Shown here: positions 18,063 through 27,445 of the stretch, one piece after another
Position numbering within the stretch: position 1 is the stretch's first letter
How the letters are laid out: each line of letters begins with the position of its first letter
Source of the DNA: a virus
Taxonomy: Duplodnaviria > Caudoviricetes
DNA length: 55,733 bases
Strand: one strand, 5' to 3'
Virus record (IMG/VR): IMGVR_UViG_3300032931_000778
Span: 1-55,733 of that record
Program-made: the position numbers and the translations under genes
The notes under the pieces: model-generated
Databases searched by the model: none
Told to the model about the DNA's origin: nothing
The model's input: the letters and a program-made list of their open reading frames with translations, nothing else

Positions 18063-18518
18063 TCACACGGCCTTGAGGCCGCTCGCAAAGGCGCGATCCC
18101 GCGCCGGTTGGGTCCGCTCCGTGCGGTAGGCCCGGTTGAGACTCTTGCGGATCACGCTCCGGTCCACGCTGCGCCCCACGTCCGCGAGCACCGCCGCGAG
18201 CCGGCCATCCCCCGCCAGGGCCTCCGCGTCCCGCAGGCGCCAGCGCGCCGTCCACCAGTAGCCCAGGGGGCGCCGCGTCCACCGCAGGAGCACCCAGGGG
18301 GCGCCGCCCGCCCAGCGCGGGGCCCGCACCGTCAGGCGCAGCTCGCCCATCCCCAAGCGCCCCCGGATCGGGGCCCGCAGGCGCCCCTGCACCCAGCCCG
18401 GCGTGCGCTCCAGCGGCGCCGTCCAGCGCGCGGGCGCATTCGGGCGCACGCGCCCCGCGTGCGTCAGCACGGTGAGCACGTGGTCCAGGGCCAGCTGCAC
18501 AGCGGCGTCCGGGGTCAA
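18063..18518 (-). CDS. Hypothetical Arg/Trp-rich protein
   Basis: GAGGAGG SD, TTG start, fills the operon gap. Confidence 0.5.
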   Translation of the reverse strand: MTPDAAVQLALDHVLTVLTHAGRVRPNAPARWTAPLERTPGWVQGRLRAPIRGRLGMGELRLTVRAPRWAGGAPWVLLRWTRRPLGYWWTARWRLRDAEALAGDGRLAAVLADVGRSVDRSVIRKSLNRAYRTERTQPARDRAFASGLKAV

Positions 18519-18528
18519 GACATCCTCC

Positions 18529-18912
18529 TCAACGCATGCTGTCCGGCGGCCAGTCGATCCGGTAGGCCGGATCGCGCGGCTGCTTGGGCTCCTCGTGCTC
18601 CACCGTCACCTCGATGCCCTCGCGTCCGGGGAGCTTGATGGGCCGCTTGCCCGCCAGCATCCGCTGGATCGCGGCCTCCTCGACGTTCTCGTTCTCTAGC
18701 GCGTCGTGAATCTCATCCTCGTCCACCGGCCACTGCGTGACGTGGCCCTCGTTGACATCGTAGATCTTCTCGTCGCGCAGGTCCGCCACCCACCCGTCGT
18801 GCCGATCCCAGAGCAGATCGAAGACCTTCACCCGCGTGTGGCTCGTCACCGTCTCCATGCGCCCCCCGCGCCCCTCGACCAGCGCCCGCAGGCGGCTGCT
18901 CAGCATGCCCAT
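18529..18912 (-). CDS. Hypothetical protein with LSSRLRALVE tag
   Basis: GGAGG SD; GC3 bias. Confidence 0.65.
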   Translation of the reverse strand: MGMLSSRLRALVEGRGGRMETVTSHTRVKVFDLLWDRHDGWVADLRDEKIYDVNEGHVTQWPVDEDEIHDALENENVEEAAIQRMLAGKRPIKLPGREGIEVTVEHEEPKQPRDPAYRIDWPPDSMR

Positions 18913-18921
18913 ACCGGCCTC

Positions 18922-19527
18922 CTACATGCCGCGGGCGTCGCCCGCCGCGTTCTTGCCCGCCGTCGTGAGGCTCAGGGCCCCCGCCTTGTTCTTGGCCACC
19001 AGCTTCTTGGCCACCAGGGCGTCGACCTCGTCCGGCGTCACCTTGTTGTCCGCGAACAGCTCCTTCCGGTATGCCGAGGTGAACCCCAGCATCGCCAGGA
19101 TGCGCTGCTCCCGCTCCGTCACGTCCGCCTTGCCCGGCAGGAGGGGCGCCAGCGCGCTCGGGTGCACCGAGATGCTCGCCGAGGTGCCATGGTAGCCCGA
19201 GGTCCCCACGATCGCCGCGCCGTCCGGCGGCAGGGGGTAGCTCGCCTGCGCGGTGTCGATCGACCGGGCCACAAACATGTTGGCCCCGCCCCACGAGCCC
19301 TCCGAGGCCTTGTAGACCCCCGTCGCCAGGTTGACGACCACGGCGAAGCCCTTCTGCCCCTCCCCCGCGTAGGGGTTCAGGTCAACCTCCGCGCGCGCCG
19401 ACACGTTGATGTCGCGCCGCCCATAGCCCACGCTCTTGAGGGCCTTCTGCAGGACCTCCGGTAGCTCCTTCACCTGAACCACGGTCCCGTGCAAGCCCTC
19501 TTCTAGTCGCTCCAATAACGCTCTCAT
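18922..19527 (-). CDS. Hypothetical protein with MRALLERLEE tag
   Basis: GAGG SD, ATGA coupling, strong GC3 bias. Confidence 0.7.
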   Translation of the reverse strand: MRALLERLEEGLHGTVVQVKELPEVLQKALKSVGYGRRDINVSARAEVDLNPYAGEGQKGFAVVVNLATGVYKASEGSWGGANMFVARSIDTAQASYPLPPDGAAIVGTSGYHGTSASISVHPSALAPLLPGKADVTEREQRILAMLGFTSAYRKELFADNKVTPDEVDALVAKKLVAKNKAGALSLTTAGKNAAGDARGM

Positions 19528-19808
19528 AGCTTCCTCTCCGCGCTCCCGTGCATAAACTGGGCAAGCAGCGTGGCGCCCACGCGCTCGGCCTCCGCCTGCG
19601 TCGCTACGGGCAGCACCTCGCGCTTGACCGTCTCCCCACGCTCGTGGGCGTAATCAAACACCGAGACCACCCAGCCCTGGCCCTTGTTGTGCGGGTAGAG
19701 CCGCACCTGGATGTCAGGATCGGCCGTGTCCGCCACGATCCACCCGCCCTTAATGGGCCGGAAGACCAGCGCATGCGCCGCTTCAAGCTGCATCAACAGG
19801 GCGCGCAT
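19524..19808 (-). CDS. Hypothetical protein with MRALLMQLE tag
   Basis: ATG 19808 just after the previous stop; shares a domain with the 16677 and 16955 genes. Confidence 0.6.
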   Translation of the reverse strand: MRALLMQLEAAHALVFRPIKGGWIVADTADPDIQVRLYPHNKGQGWVVSVFDYAHERGETVKREVLPVATQAEAERVGATLLAQFMHGSAERKL

Positions 19809-19813
19809 CGCGC

Positions 19814-20080
19814 TCAGTAGCCCCCGCCCATGAAGGCCTCGTCGTCCCGCGCCGCCTGGAACTCCCGCCACGCCTTGTCCTTGTTGGCGCCCGCCAGGAT
19901 GAGCTTGTCGTTGGGGTAGTAGAGGACCTCCTCGCCCTTCTTGTAGGCCAGGCCCTTAGCGTCCGTTCCTGCCGCCTTCGCCTTCATGAGGTAGGGATCG
20001 CGCCCCCGCCCGCTGCTGCGCCCGCCCCACTCCACAATCGTCCGCAGGTCCGCAGCCAACGCCCGTAGATTCCGTGCCAT
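19814..20080 (-). CDS. Hypothetical protein with LRALAADLRTIVE tag
   Basis: AAGGAG SD; GC3 bias. Confidence 0.65.
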   Translation of the reverse strand: MARNLRALAADLRTIVEWGGRSSGRGRDPYLMKAKAAGTDAKGLAYKKGEEVLYYPNDKLILAGANKDKAWREFQAARDDEAFMGGGY

Positions 20081-20117
20081 CGCCCATACTCCTTGCGCAT
20101 GCGCGTGCGCAACGCCG

Positions 20118-20546
20118 TTACTTCTTTTCGACTAGCAACCGATGATTGAGGCTCGCAATGACCGTGCGATCCGACGAGATGCTGGCCTCTTGATCCACCG
20201 CCGCCTGATCCGCCACGTCCATGGCGCTCGTGTCCGCCCACTGGGGCTGCGCCACGTCGGGATCGCTAGGCGCCCCCGCGGGGGCCCGGCTCAGGGCCGC
20301 CGTAACCGCTGTGGCCACGGCCTCCCCCTGCTTGGCCGCCCGGCGCACCGCGATGGCTGCGCCCTGCTGCCCATGATCCGCGATGCCCTGCGCGAGGAGC
20401 CACGCCCCCACGAGCCCGAGCACCGTCAACATGGTCGCCTCATCGATCCGCTTGCCCGTCAGCGCGTTCGCCAAATAGGCCGCCACGCTGAGGAGCATCA
20501 CGATCAGCTTCCGGCTCTCAATCTTCAGCTTCGCCAACCACGCCAT
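20118..20546 (-). CDS. Holin-like membrane protein
   Basis: K..SRKL followed by two hydrophobic helices and AQGIAD, a pattern seen in phage holins. Confidence 0.6.
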   Translation of the reverse strand: MAWLAKLKIESRKLIVMLLSVAAYLANALTGKRIDEATMLTVLGLVGAWLLAQGIADHGQQGAAIAVRRAAKQGEAVATAVTAALSRAPAGAPSDPDVAQPQWADTSAMDVADQAAVDQEASISSDRTVIASLNHRLLVEKK

Positions 20547-20558
20547 ACGCGCACCTCA

Positions 20559-21239
20559 TCACCCTGCCGTTTTGATCAACGCCGCGATACCTAAGCCGAT
20601 GGGCGCCGCCGCCGCCATCATGTCCGACTTGCTCGCCCCCAACACGATCTCCTCGACCGCGTGGGGCTGCAACTCCAGCTCCATCATGCTCACATCCGCG
20701 CTGTTCCCGTCAAAGTCACTTCCCGCCTTGTAACGCGTGGGCAAACATGACCACAGCACCCAAACGCGCCCCGGCACGAACGAGGCCCCCTCCCACGTCT
20801 CCAGGGGGGCCGGGAGGTCGAGGCTGTAGCCCCCGGCCTCCTGAAAGGCATTGACGCCCGTGTAGTGGATGAGGAGCAGGGTGCGCTGCACCATGTCGGA
20901 ACCGCGCATCGCCCGCTTCACCCAGTCATAGAACGTGTCGTCGTTCATGCGGGCCCCACGCGTCAACGAGATCGGCCCGCAGCCCCCCCCCTCGTAGGCC
21001 ACCGTGGTCCACATGGAGTTGAGCTGCTTGATCTCCCGCGTCTGTAAAGTGATCTCCGGGGCCGTGATGCTCGCAAACCCATACATGGGCGAGCCCAATA
21101 CGAAGAACGGGAAGGTCGTCGAGGGGATCAGGTCCAACAGCCAGAAGCGGTGCGTCTGCAACAGGTCGAACATGCGACTCTTGCTGACCGCCTTGAGCGT
21201 GTTCCGCACATCGCCTGCTACCTGCCGCACATTTGCCAC
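20559..21239 (-). CDS. Second tail tube-like protein (T4 gp19 family)
   Basis: DLLQTHRF, GFASITAPEIT, ISLTRG....FYDW, W....CLPTRYK...FDGNSADVSMMELEL. Confidence 0.8.
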   Translation of the reverse strand: MANVRQVAGDVRNTLKAVSKSRMFDLLQTHRFWLLDLIPSTTFPFFVLGSPMYGFASITAPEITLQTREIKQLNSMWTTVAYEGGGCGPISLTRGARMNDDTFYDWVKRAMRGSDMVQRTLLLIHYTGVNAFQEAGGYSLDLPAPLETWEGASFVPGRVWVLWSCLPTRYKAGSDFDGNSADVSMMELELQPHAVEEIVLGASKSDMMAAAAPIGLGIAALIKTAG

Positions 21240-21287
21240 TGCCTACCTCGCTGCCCCAGGCCCCCACCGCGCAGGGGGCGGCGGGGA

Positions 21288-21806
21288 TCAGACCGTCTCG
21301 TCGTTGATCTTCATCTGGACCGATTCGACCGCGAGGCCGAACTCCGCGATCGACACGTCGCCGCTCGTCGCGTCCATGTCCGCCGCGATCTTCACGCGGA
21401 TCGGCACGCACCCGTAGCAGATGTACTCGCGCGTCGCGCCGCTGGCCGCCACGAGGTTGGCGCCGAAGGCGTCCTCGCGGCTGAAGTGCAGGATCTGGAG
21501 GTCGGCGCGGTACTCGCCGCCCTTCGCCGCGTTCTGGCCCCAGCGCCAGAAGTCGCTGTCTTTGGCCGTGACGCCGCGCGTCAGCGTGACCTCGCTGAAC
21601 GTCGGGATGCCGCTGAACTTCATCGTGAAGATCGTGGTGCCCTCCCGGTACTCCACGGCGTCCATCGTCAGCTCGGGGATGCTCAGTGTATTGAAGCCCG
21701 CCTGGACCTTGAACACGTCCCCCTGCGAGCCGATGGGCGAGCCGTCGATGACCCGCGCGTGGTAGCGGAAGTTCTGGAAAAAGTCCGTCGAGATTGCCCG
21801 TGCCAT
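21288..21806 (-). CDS. gp19: Tail tube protein (T4 gp19 family)
   Basis: DFFQNFRY, AGF..LSIPELT...EYREG...K.SG..TFSEVTLTRG...DFWRW, DATSGDVSIAE. Confidence 0.92.
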   Translation of the reverse strand: MARAISTDFFQNFRYHARVIDGSPIGSQGDVFKVQAGFNTLSIPELTMDAVEYREGTTIFTMKFSGIPTFSEVTLTRGVTAKDSDFWRWGQNAAKGGEYRADLQILHFSREDAFGANLVAASGATREYICYGCVPIRVKIAADMDATSGDVSIAEFGLAVESVQMKINDETV

Positions 21807-21837
21807 GTCTGCTCCTTTGTCGTATCTAGCCCGGCCC

Positions 21838-22299
21838 TCAGCCCGGCAGCGTTTCCGTCCCGATCACGCCCGGCAGCGTCTGTTGCCAGCCCCTGAACGC
21901 GCACACCGTCACGCGCCCCAGGGCCGTGCAGGCGAGCGAACTCTCCACCTTGAGCTTCCACCCCGGCGGCACGAAGAGCCCGTTGCTGCCGAAGCGCACC
22001 GAGCCCGTCCCCGCCGCGAGGCTCTCGATCTTGTAGACGATGTTGTCGCCGTCCACGAGGCTCACGGTGATCGTCGGGGAGCCCCCCGAGGGGAGGTTCC
22101 ACGCCACGTACTCCACCCGCATGCCGAGGCGGGCGTGCGCCGGGAACAGCCCGCCCTTGGTCCCTGCCGTGAACACCTGGATGCGCCCGCGCTCGATCGT
22201 CTCCTCGGTCCCCACGCCGTCCGTGGCCGTCCCGTTGATGTGCCCCGAGATCGCCACCTCGTGGACCGTCTGCACCGCAAATACATCCGTCATGATCAT
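21838..22299 (-). CDS. Hypothetical (probably structural) protein
   Basis: GAGG SD; GC3 bias; between sheath and tube. Confidence 0.6.
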   Translation of the reverse strand: MIMTDVFAVQTVHEVAISGHINGTATDGVGTEETIERGRIQVFTAGTKGGLFPAHARLGMRVEYVAWNLPSGGSPTITVSLVDGDNIVYKIESLAAGTGSVRFGSNGLFVPPGWKLKVESSLACTALGRVTVCAFRGWQQTLPGVIGTETLPG

Positions 22300-22415
22300 G
22301 CCCTCACGTCTCGACGACCTCGACCGCGACCATGGCCGCCTCTAATGCCGGAACTACTTTTTTTCCACGTTTCAACAGTCAGCCCTCCGCGCTCATAATA
22401 CAAACAAAAACAACA

Positions 22416-24965
22416 CTATACAAGCGCGCGCTGGGAGAAACGGAATACCACAAACTCGGCCGGCTTGTTCGGCGCGAGGCCCACGTCGACGAACATGAGG
22501 CCCTGGTCGACGGTGTTCTGCGGGTTGTTGGTCTTGTCGCAGATCACGAAGAAGGCCTCCTTGGGCGAGGTGCCCGCGAAGTAATTCTGCTGAAAGAGCC
22601 CGAGCAGGAACGTGTCGAGCTGGAGCTTCACGCGCCCCCACAACTGCGGGCCGTTGTTCTCGAAGACGTGGACGTGCGTGGCATTGAAGACGCTCTTCTC
22701 GACGAACTGGAAGAGGCGCGTCATCTGGATGTACGGCCACTCGCCGCCCGCGATGTCGAGCGTCCGGGCGCCCCAGATCACGCGGCCCGTCGCCGGCCAG
22801 CTCACGAGGCAGTTCAGCTTGTCCTGATAGCAAACGCCCACCTGCGCAGGCGTGAGGTCGCGCTCCAAGCCGATCTGCCAGCTCAACGCGCCATCTCCCG
22901 TGCCCGCGGGGGCCTTGCCGACGTTCTTGTTGATGTCGGTGGCCGCATAGCGCCCCGCCACGTGGCCGCCACAGGGCAGGTTGATCGCCGCCTGCGTCAC
23001 GGGGTCGATGACGCGAATATGCGGATAGTACACCGCGGCGTACTTCGTGAAGCGCGAGAGGGTGAACTTCTTCCAATTCACGGCCTCTTGCGGCTCCAGG
23101 CCCTCGGGGGCCGTGAAGATCGCGAACTTGTCCTTGCGTAACATGCAGTAGTCGATGACGTCCGAGCAGACCAACTCGTCGGTCTGGAAGTCCGCCACCA
23201 CCAACGACATGATGGCGTCCACCTGGTCGAAGGCATAGAGCCCCTTGTAGTCCGCGACGAGCGTGGCGCCCGTGACATCGCTGCGATCCAGGGCCGAACC
23301 GTCGGCGCCGCCAAAGAACTGCTCCACCACGGCCAGGCCGGGCTGCGTGTAGTAGGTCGCGGTCTGCGCCTTCGTGATCGGCGCCTGGGCGGGATAGGTG
23401 TCTGCCGTGGGGCCCGCCGCCGGGTTGCCCGCGATCTTCCAGGTCAGCGTGCAGGCGCCCGTGGTGTAGTCCACGCGGTTCGTGCCGTTGCTGTTGAGGG
23501 CATAGGTCCCGCAGGGGCGCTGCAGGCTGAGGTTGCCGTTGCCGTCGTCGATCACAACGGGCCCGTAATAGAGCTGCGTAACGCGCACCGCCGCCACCCC
23601 GTCGAACGTGTCGGCAAGCCCGCTCACATCGAGGCTCAGGGCGCCCGTCAGGTAGTTCACGGTGCCCACGATGGCGCCCGTGCAGTTGCCCGCGATGACC
23701 AGCTTGAGGTTGCCCGCACCGTCGTCGCCCGCGATCTTGGCGCCATCCCCGTCCAGGGTGAAGCTCACGAGCACGCCCGCCGCCACCGAGGTCTTCGCGG
23801 CCGAGGTGTTGGGGTGGAGCTGGGTCGACGTCGCCGGGGCCCAGGCCCACGTGGTGTCCGTGATGAGCGGGATGGTCGTGATGATGGGCAGGGGGCTGTG
23901 CTTGAAGCCAAACTGCATCGCCAGCGTGGTCTTCGCCACCGAGGTGCCGATCAGGTACACGAACTCCTTGTTGGCGCCGTTGTAGACCGGAGAGCTGCTG
24001 ACGTCCTTGGCCGCATAGTGCGTGCCCGCCAGCTCCGGCGGCAACTCGCGGTTATAGGCCACGACCGCCGCGATCTCCGACCCAGCATTGAGGTCGTTCA
24101 TCACCGTAGCAATGAACTGCGGGCTGCTCGCATCATCGAGCACGACCCCCTGGTAGGTCTCGATCGTGTTCCAGCCCTGGATCTTCTCGACGTACTCGTC
24201 AATGGTCACATCGAAACGCTGGTAGCTCGCCGTCGCAGCCACGTAGTAGTCAGGCGTCCCGCTCACCACGACGCGGTAGCTGTTGCCCGCGAGCCCCGAC
24301 CACTTCAGGTCAAAGTGGAAGGTCTCATAGACCCAGCTCGCCGTGAGGAACTGGCCCGCCGGGAAATCGGCGGGCGTCCCGAAGGTGAGATAGACCTCGC
24401 CGGTCTCATAGTCGATCGAGCCCGTGGTATCCACGCCATCGTCGAATCCGCCCGTGCCCGTGATGGTAAACGTCCCATCGCCATTGTCCGTGAAGGTGCC
24501 GATCTTCGGCACGACCTCGCCATCCGTCGTCGTCAGTACCAGGGAGGCGGCCAGCGTGTAGGGGCTGGGACCGTAGCTGCCGTGCGGGACTACCGGGGTC
24601 TTGGGCAGGCTGAAGCTGTAGGTCGCGGCGCTATCGCCCTCCACGACCTCCATGTCCTGCACCTCTTTGGTCAGGAAGCAGCGCGCCTTCACGGCATCGG
24701 CCTCGTGCACCACGCGCACGAAGTACAGCGTGGATCCGCCGTTCTGGAAGAAGGCGAAGGCCTCGGTCGGCGCCAGCGAGGCCGCCGTGAAGTCCCCGAA
24801 CTTGGCCGTGAACTCCTGGAAGGAGGTCACAAGGATCGGCTGGTTCGTGGGGCCCTTCTTGGAGAACCCGATCAGGCCGAGGTTGCTGGTGCTCACGCCC
24901 TGGATGGGGCCCGGCCCGCTGCTGCGCTCCTCGATGTACACGCCCGGATAGTTACGCTCTGGCAT
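22416..24965 (-). CDS. gp18: Contractile tail sheath protein
   Basis: YPGVYIEE, G..KGP...P.LVTS..EF..FG, AAVYYP.I, KAPAG, IWGARTL, FENN, AFFV.CD..NNP, GLAP.KPAEFVVFR. Confidence 0.96.
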   Translation of the reverse strand: MPERNYPGVYIEERSSGPGPIQGVSTSNLGLIGFSKKGPTNQPILVTSFQEFTAKFGDFTAASLAPTEAFAFFQNGGSTLYFVRVVHEADAVKARCFLTKEVQDMEVVEGDSAATYSFSLPKTPVVPHGSYGPSPYTLAASLVLTTTDGEVVPKIGTFTDNGDGTFTITGTGGFDDGVDTTGSIDYETGEVYLTFGTPADFPAGQFLTASWVYETFHFDLKWSGLAGNSYRVVVSGTPDYYVAATASYQRFDVTIDEYVEKIQGWNTIETYQGVVLDDASSPQFIATVMNDLNAGSEIAAVVAYNRELPPELAGTHYAAKDVSSSPVYNGANKEFVYLIGTSVAKTTLAMQFGFKHSPLPIITTIPLITDTTWAWAPATSTQLHPNTSAAKTSVAAGVLVSFTLDGDGAKIAGDDGAGNLKLVIAGNCTGAIVGTVNYLTGALSLDVSGLADTFDGVAAVRVTQLYYGPVVIDDGNGNLSLQRPCGTYALNSNGTNRVDYTTGACTLTWKIAGNPAAGPTADTYPAQAPITKAQTATYYTQPGLAVVEQFFGGADGSALDRSDVTGATLVADYKGLYAFDQVDAIMSLVVADFQTDELVCSDVIDYCMLRKDKFAIFTAPEGLEPQEAVNWKKFTLSRFTKYAAVYYPHIRVIDPVTQAAINLPCGGHVAGRYAATDINKNVGKAPAGTGDGALSWQIGLERDLTPAQVGVCYQDKLNCLVSWPATGRVIWGARTLDIAGGEWPYIQMTRLFQFVEKSVFNATHVHVFENNGPQLWGRVKLQLDTFLLGLFQQNYFAGTSPKEAFFVICDKTNNPQNTVDQGLMFVDVGLAPNKPAEFVVFRFSQRALV

Positions 24966-25101
24966 CTGTCGTTCCTCCCGTCACCCGCGCCATCCGGGCG
25001 GGTCGTCTTGCTAGTTCCCGCGCCGCACGCGCGCGCTGTTGCCCGTCGTCTCTCGCTTGCGCCGCCGCCCCCCCCTCGGGGCCCTCTGCCACGTCCCCGT
25101 C

Positions 25102-25494
25102 CTACGCTGGCCGCTCCTGATCCACCGTATCACCAGACGGCGGGGCGATCACGTTTTCCCCCGCCGCCATGGCCTGCTCCAACGCCGTGGGCTCAACCGT
25201 GCCCGCACTCACCGGGGGCAGCTCGGGATTGCGCGTGATGCCGCGCTCCGAGAAGTACCCCGCAAACTTCGTGGGCTGCAACGCGGCCCCGCCGCCATCC
25301 ACCTTCGCGGGATGCACCCCCAGCTTCGCCTCCATCGGTTTGCCACAGGGGCGCAGCACCCCGCGCTTCACCATGGACTCCGTGCTCGGCACGAGCTGGT
25401 GAACCTCTACCTTGCCATACGGGGGCACCGCCACCGTGTTGCCTAGCCCCGTTGCGACCGATTGCACCCGACTGCCCGTGTAGAGATACCACAT
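25102..25494 (-). CDS. Hypothetical protein preceding sheath
   Basis: ATG 25494 overlaps the upstream TGA (TGATG); MWYLYTGSRVQSV... Confidence 0.6.
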   Translation of the reverse strand: MWYLYTGSRVQSVATGLGNTVAVPPYGKVEVHQLVPSTESMVKRGVLRPCGKPMEAKLGVHPAKVDGGGAALQPTKFAGYFSERGITRNPELPPVSAGTVEPTALEQAMAAGENVIAPPSGDTVDQERPA

Positions 25495-26210
25495 CAGAAT
25501 CGCGCTCCTTGCCCGCCCGCCGCAGGCCGGTAGTTGTACATCGCCAAATCGACAACCTGCAGCGCCGGCCAATGCTCCGACTCGCACAGGTCGACTTCCG
25601 CCCGCACCGTCCAGGACACCGTGAAGCCCACCGCGCGGTTCGCGATGTCCGTGAGGTCGGACACGTCCGAAATATTCAGGTCGCCCGTATCGTAGTGCCG
25701 CACGTCCCCCTTGCTGTCGATGACGGACAGCGCAAACCACGGCGGCTTGCACGCCCGCAGGATCTGCATGAGCATCCGCGTGGCATCTGTGCGCAGGCGC
25801 GCGAAGCCCTGCACGTCATAAGCGAAGTTGAAGGGGTGTGCGTTCCAGCGCTCCGCGTACTGGTCGTACCCACGCTCGCCCGTGGGGAGGACCACGGGGC
25901 GTGCCCCCGGCGCGGCCATGCGCTCGGTGCCGTACCACGGCGCCCGATCGTAGGCCACGTCCATGTTGTTGCGCTTGATCACGTACGACGGCAGGAGGTG
26001 GTGCTGGTACGCGTCATCCGGGGCGCCCCAGTAGATGGGCACGCGCCCCCCGAGGTGGGCGAGATCCGTGGGGCAGTCGCGCACCGCTACCGCGTAGGCC
26101 TGACGCGGCGTGCCATCTACGGCATAGCTCACGAGCTCGCCGCCAAAGGCCCGCATCACGCCCTCATCAAAGGCGCGGATGCCCACGGTGCTAAACGCGC
26201 TCTCGACCAC
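25494..26210 (-). CDS. Tail terminator/sheath stabiliser (T4 gp15-like), putative
   Basis: IRAFDEGV, VPIYWGAP, LP...I.R...YD..R, P.NFAYDV pattern; position upstream of sheath. Confidence 0.6.
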   Translation of the reverse strand: MVESAFSTVGIRAFDEGVMRAFGGELVSYAVDGTPRQAYAVAVRDCPTDLAHLGGRVPIYWGAPDDAYQHHLLPSYVIKRNNMDVAYDRAPWYGTERMAAPGARPVVLPTGERGYDQYAERWNAHPFNFAYDVQGFARLRTDATRMLMQILRACKPPWFALSVIDSKGDVRHYDTGDLNISDVSDLTDIANRAVGFTVSWTVRAEVDLCESEHWPALQVVDLAMYNYRPAAGGQGARF

Positions 26211-26250
26211 CTCAACTCCTCACCGCGAGCCGCGCACGCGCATGCGCAAC

Positions 26251-26424
26251 CTATTCTTCGTCGTCTTCTTCGTCGTCCTCATCCTCATCGTCATCCGCGT
26301 CCTCGTCCCCCTCCTCGCCGGTCGCCACCGCGAGCGCCGTCTGCAGCGCGCCGTTCTGGCGCCGTAGCAACTCCGTCTCGATGTCCCCGAGCGTACGATT
26401 CAACTGGTCCAACTTGTTCGGCAT
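26251..26424 (-). CDS. Small protein with acidic tail
   Basis: AAGGAG SD; ends EEGDEDADDDEDEDDEEDDEE. Confidence 0.55.
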   Translation of the reverse strand: MPNKLDQLNRTLGDIETELLRRQNGALQTALAVATGEEGDEDADDDEDEDDEEDDEE

Positions 26425-26462
26425 GATGCGCTCCTTGCTGTGCAACCCGACAACTGTCCACC

Positions 26463-27389
26463 TTAGAACTTCCGGCGCGGCGCAAACGGCGCGATCCGCC
26501 GTGTAAAGGCCTCCGCCGCCCCGCCCAGATCACTTATACCGAGGGAATCCGCCTGCGGCAACGAATGGCCCGTCCAACGCCCCGTTTCTACATAGCGCAC
26601 GTAGGCCTTCAGCAGCTTTGGAATGGCCTTCCCGAGGGCCTCCAGCGCGGGACGCCAGTGCGCCTGGCCCTCGCCCCCGCCCAGCCCGAACTCGGCCCGC
26701 AGCACCGCCCACGCGACATCCGCGTGCACCTCGGCCCCCACGCCCTCACCCGGCGGCGCGACCTTGGCGTTGATCACGCCCATCGCGCGCAAGCTCGCCT
26801 CGATGAGGTCCGCCTCGCGCCGGCGCTCCGCGACGAAGTACGCCACCTCGTCGGGACGGGCAGCCCGCGCCACGAGCGTCGCGTCCTGGGGGTCCGGCCG
26901 GATCGGCAGCCAGTCCGGGGGCCACGGGCTGTACTTGGCCAGCACCTCGACGAAGGGGCGCGCGCCGGGCCGCGGCACCACGAACAGCAGCGTGGTCCCC
27001 ACCTGCTGCTCCGTCAGCCCCTCGGGCTGCCCCTCGAAGTACACCGCGACGCCCTCCCCCGCGTCCACGCCCTCCAGCAGGGCGATCTGGAGCTGCTCCG
27101 CGTAGGGGATCGTCCCGAGGCTCGGGGCGCGCCCCCGCACCTCCTCGCGCAGCACCTCGGCCAGCGCCAGCAGGAACAGCTCGCGCCCCTTCGCCATGCG
27201 CTTGGGGTAGAGCGTGAAGAACTTCTTGATGTCCCGCCCCGTCTGGGGGGCCCACCCAAAGACGGGCACGGGCGAGATGGCCGCGCGCGGGGCGTTCCCC
27301 GCCTTGGTCCCCGCCGGGGGGCGGATGCGCTTGAGCGGGACGTTCTTGCCCTTGAACTTCTGCCCCGTGCCCTTGAATGCGGTGGTCAT
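26463..27389 (-). CDS. Hypothetical virion morphogenesis protein (possible tail completion protein)
   Basis: Strong GC3 bias; EFG......HWRPA motif near the C-terminus is reminiscent of tail-completion proteins. Confidence 0.55.
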   Translation of the reverse strand: MTTAFKGTGQKFKGKNVPLKRIRPPAGTKAGNAPRAAISPVPVFGWAPQTGRDIKKFFTLYPKRMAKGRELFLLALAEVLREEVRGRAPSLGTIPYAEQLQIALLEGVDAGEGVAVYFEGQPEGLTEQQVGTTLLFVVPRPGARPFVEVLAKYSPWPPDWLPIRPDPQDATLVARAARPDEVAYFVAERRREADLIEASLRAMGVINAKVAPPGEGVGAEVHADVAWAVLRAEFGLGGGEGQAHWRPALEALGKAIPKLLKAYVRYVETGRWTGHSLPQADSLGISDLGGAAEAFTRRIAPFAPRRKF

Positions 27390-27395
27390 GGGGCC

Positions 27396-27404
27396 AGCGT
27401 AGCA
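27396..27404 (-). promoter_or_regulatory. Possible extended -10 promoter (TGcTACGCT) giving a leaderless mRNA
   Basis: 6 nt upstream of ATG 27389, which has no SD. Confidence 0.35.
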
Positions 27405-27445
27405 CCCGCGCGCTGCAACCCACTAGCGGTTTCCGTGCCGGGGCG

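Noticed and set aside
16955-18088. Single 377-aa protein
   Set aside because: An internal SD plus tag at 17509 and a codon-bias switch near 17620 indicate at least two genes.
1216-24965. Extracellular contractile injection system or tailocin
   Set aside because: The tail genes are contiguous with terminase, portal, protease and capsid genes, so this is a phage.
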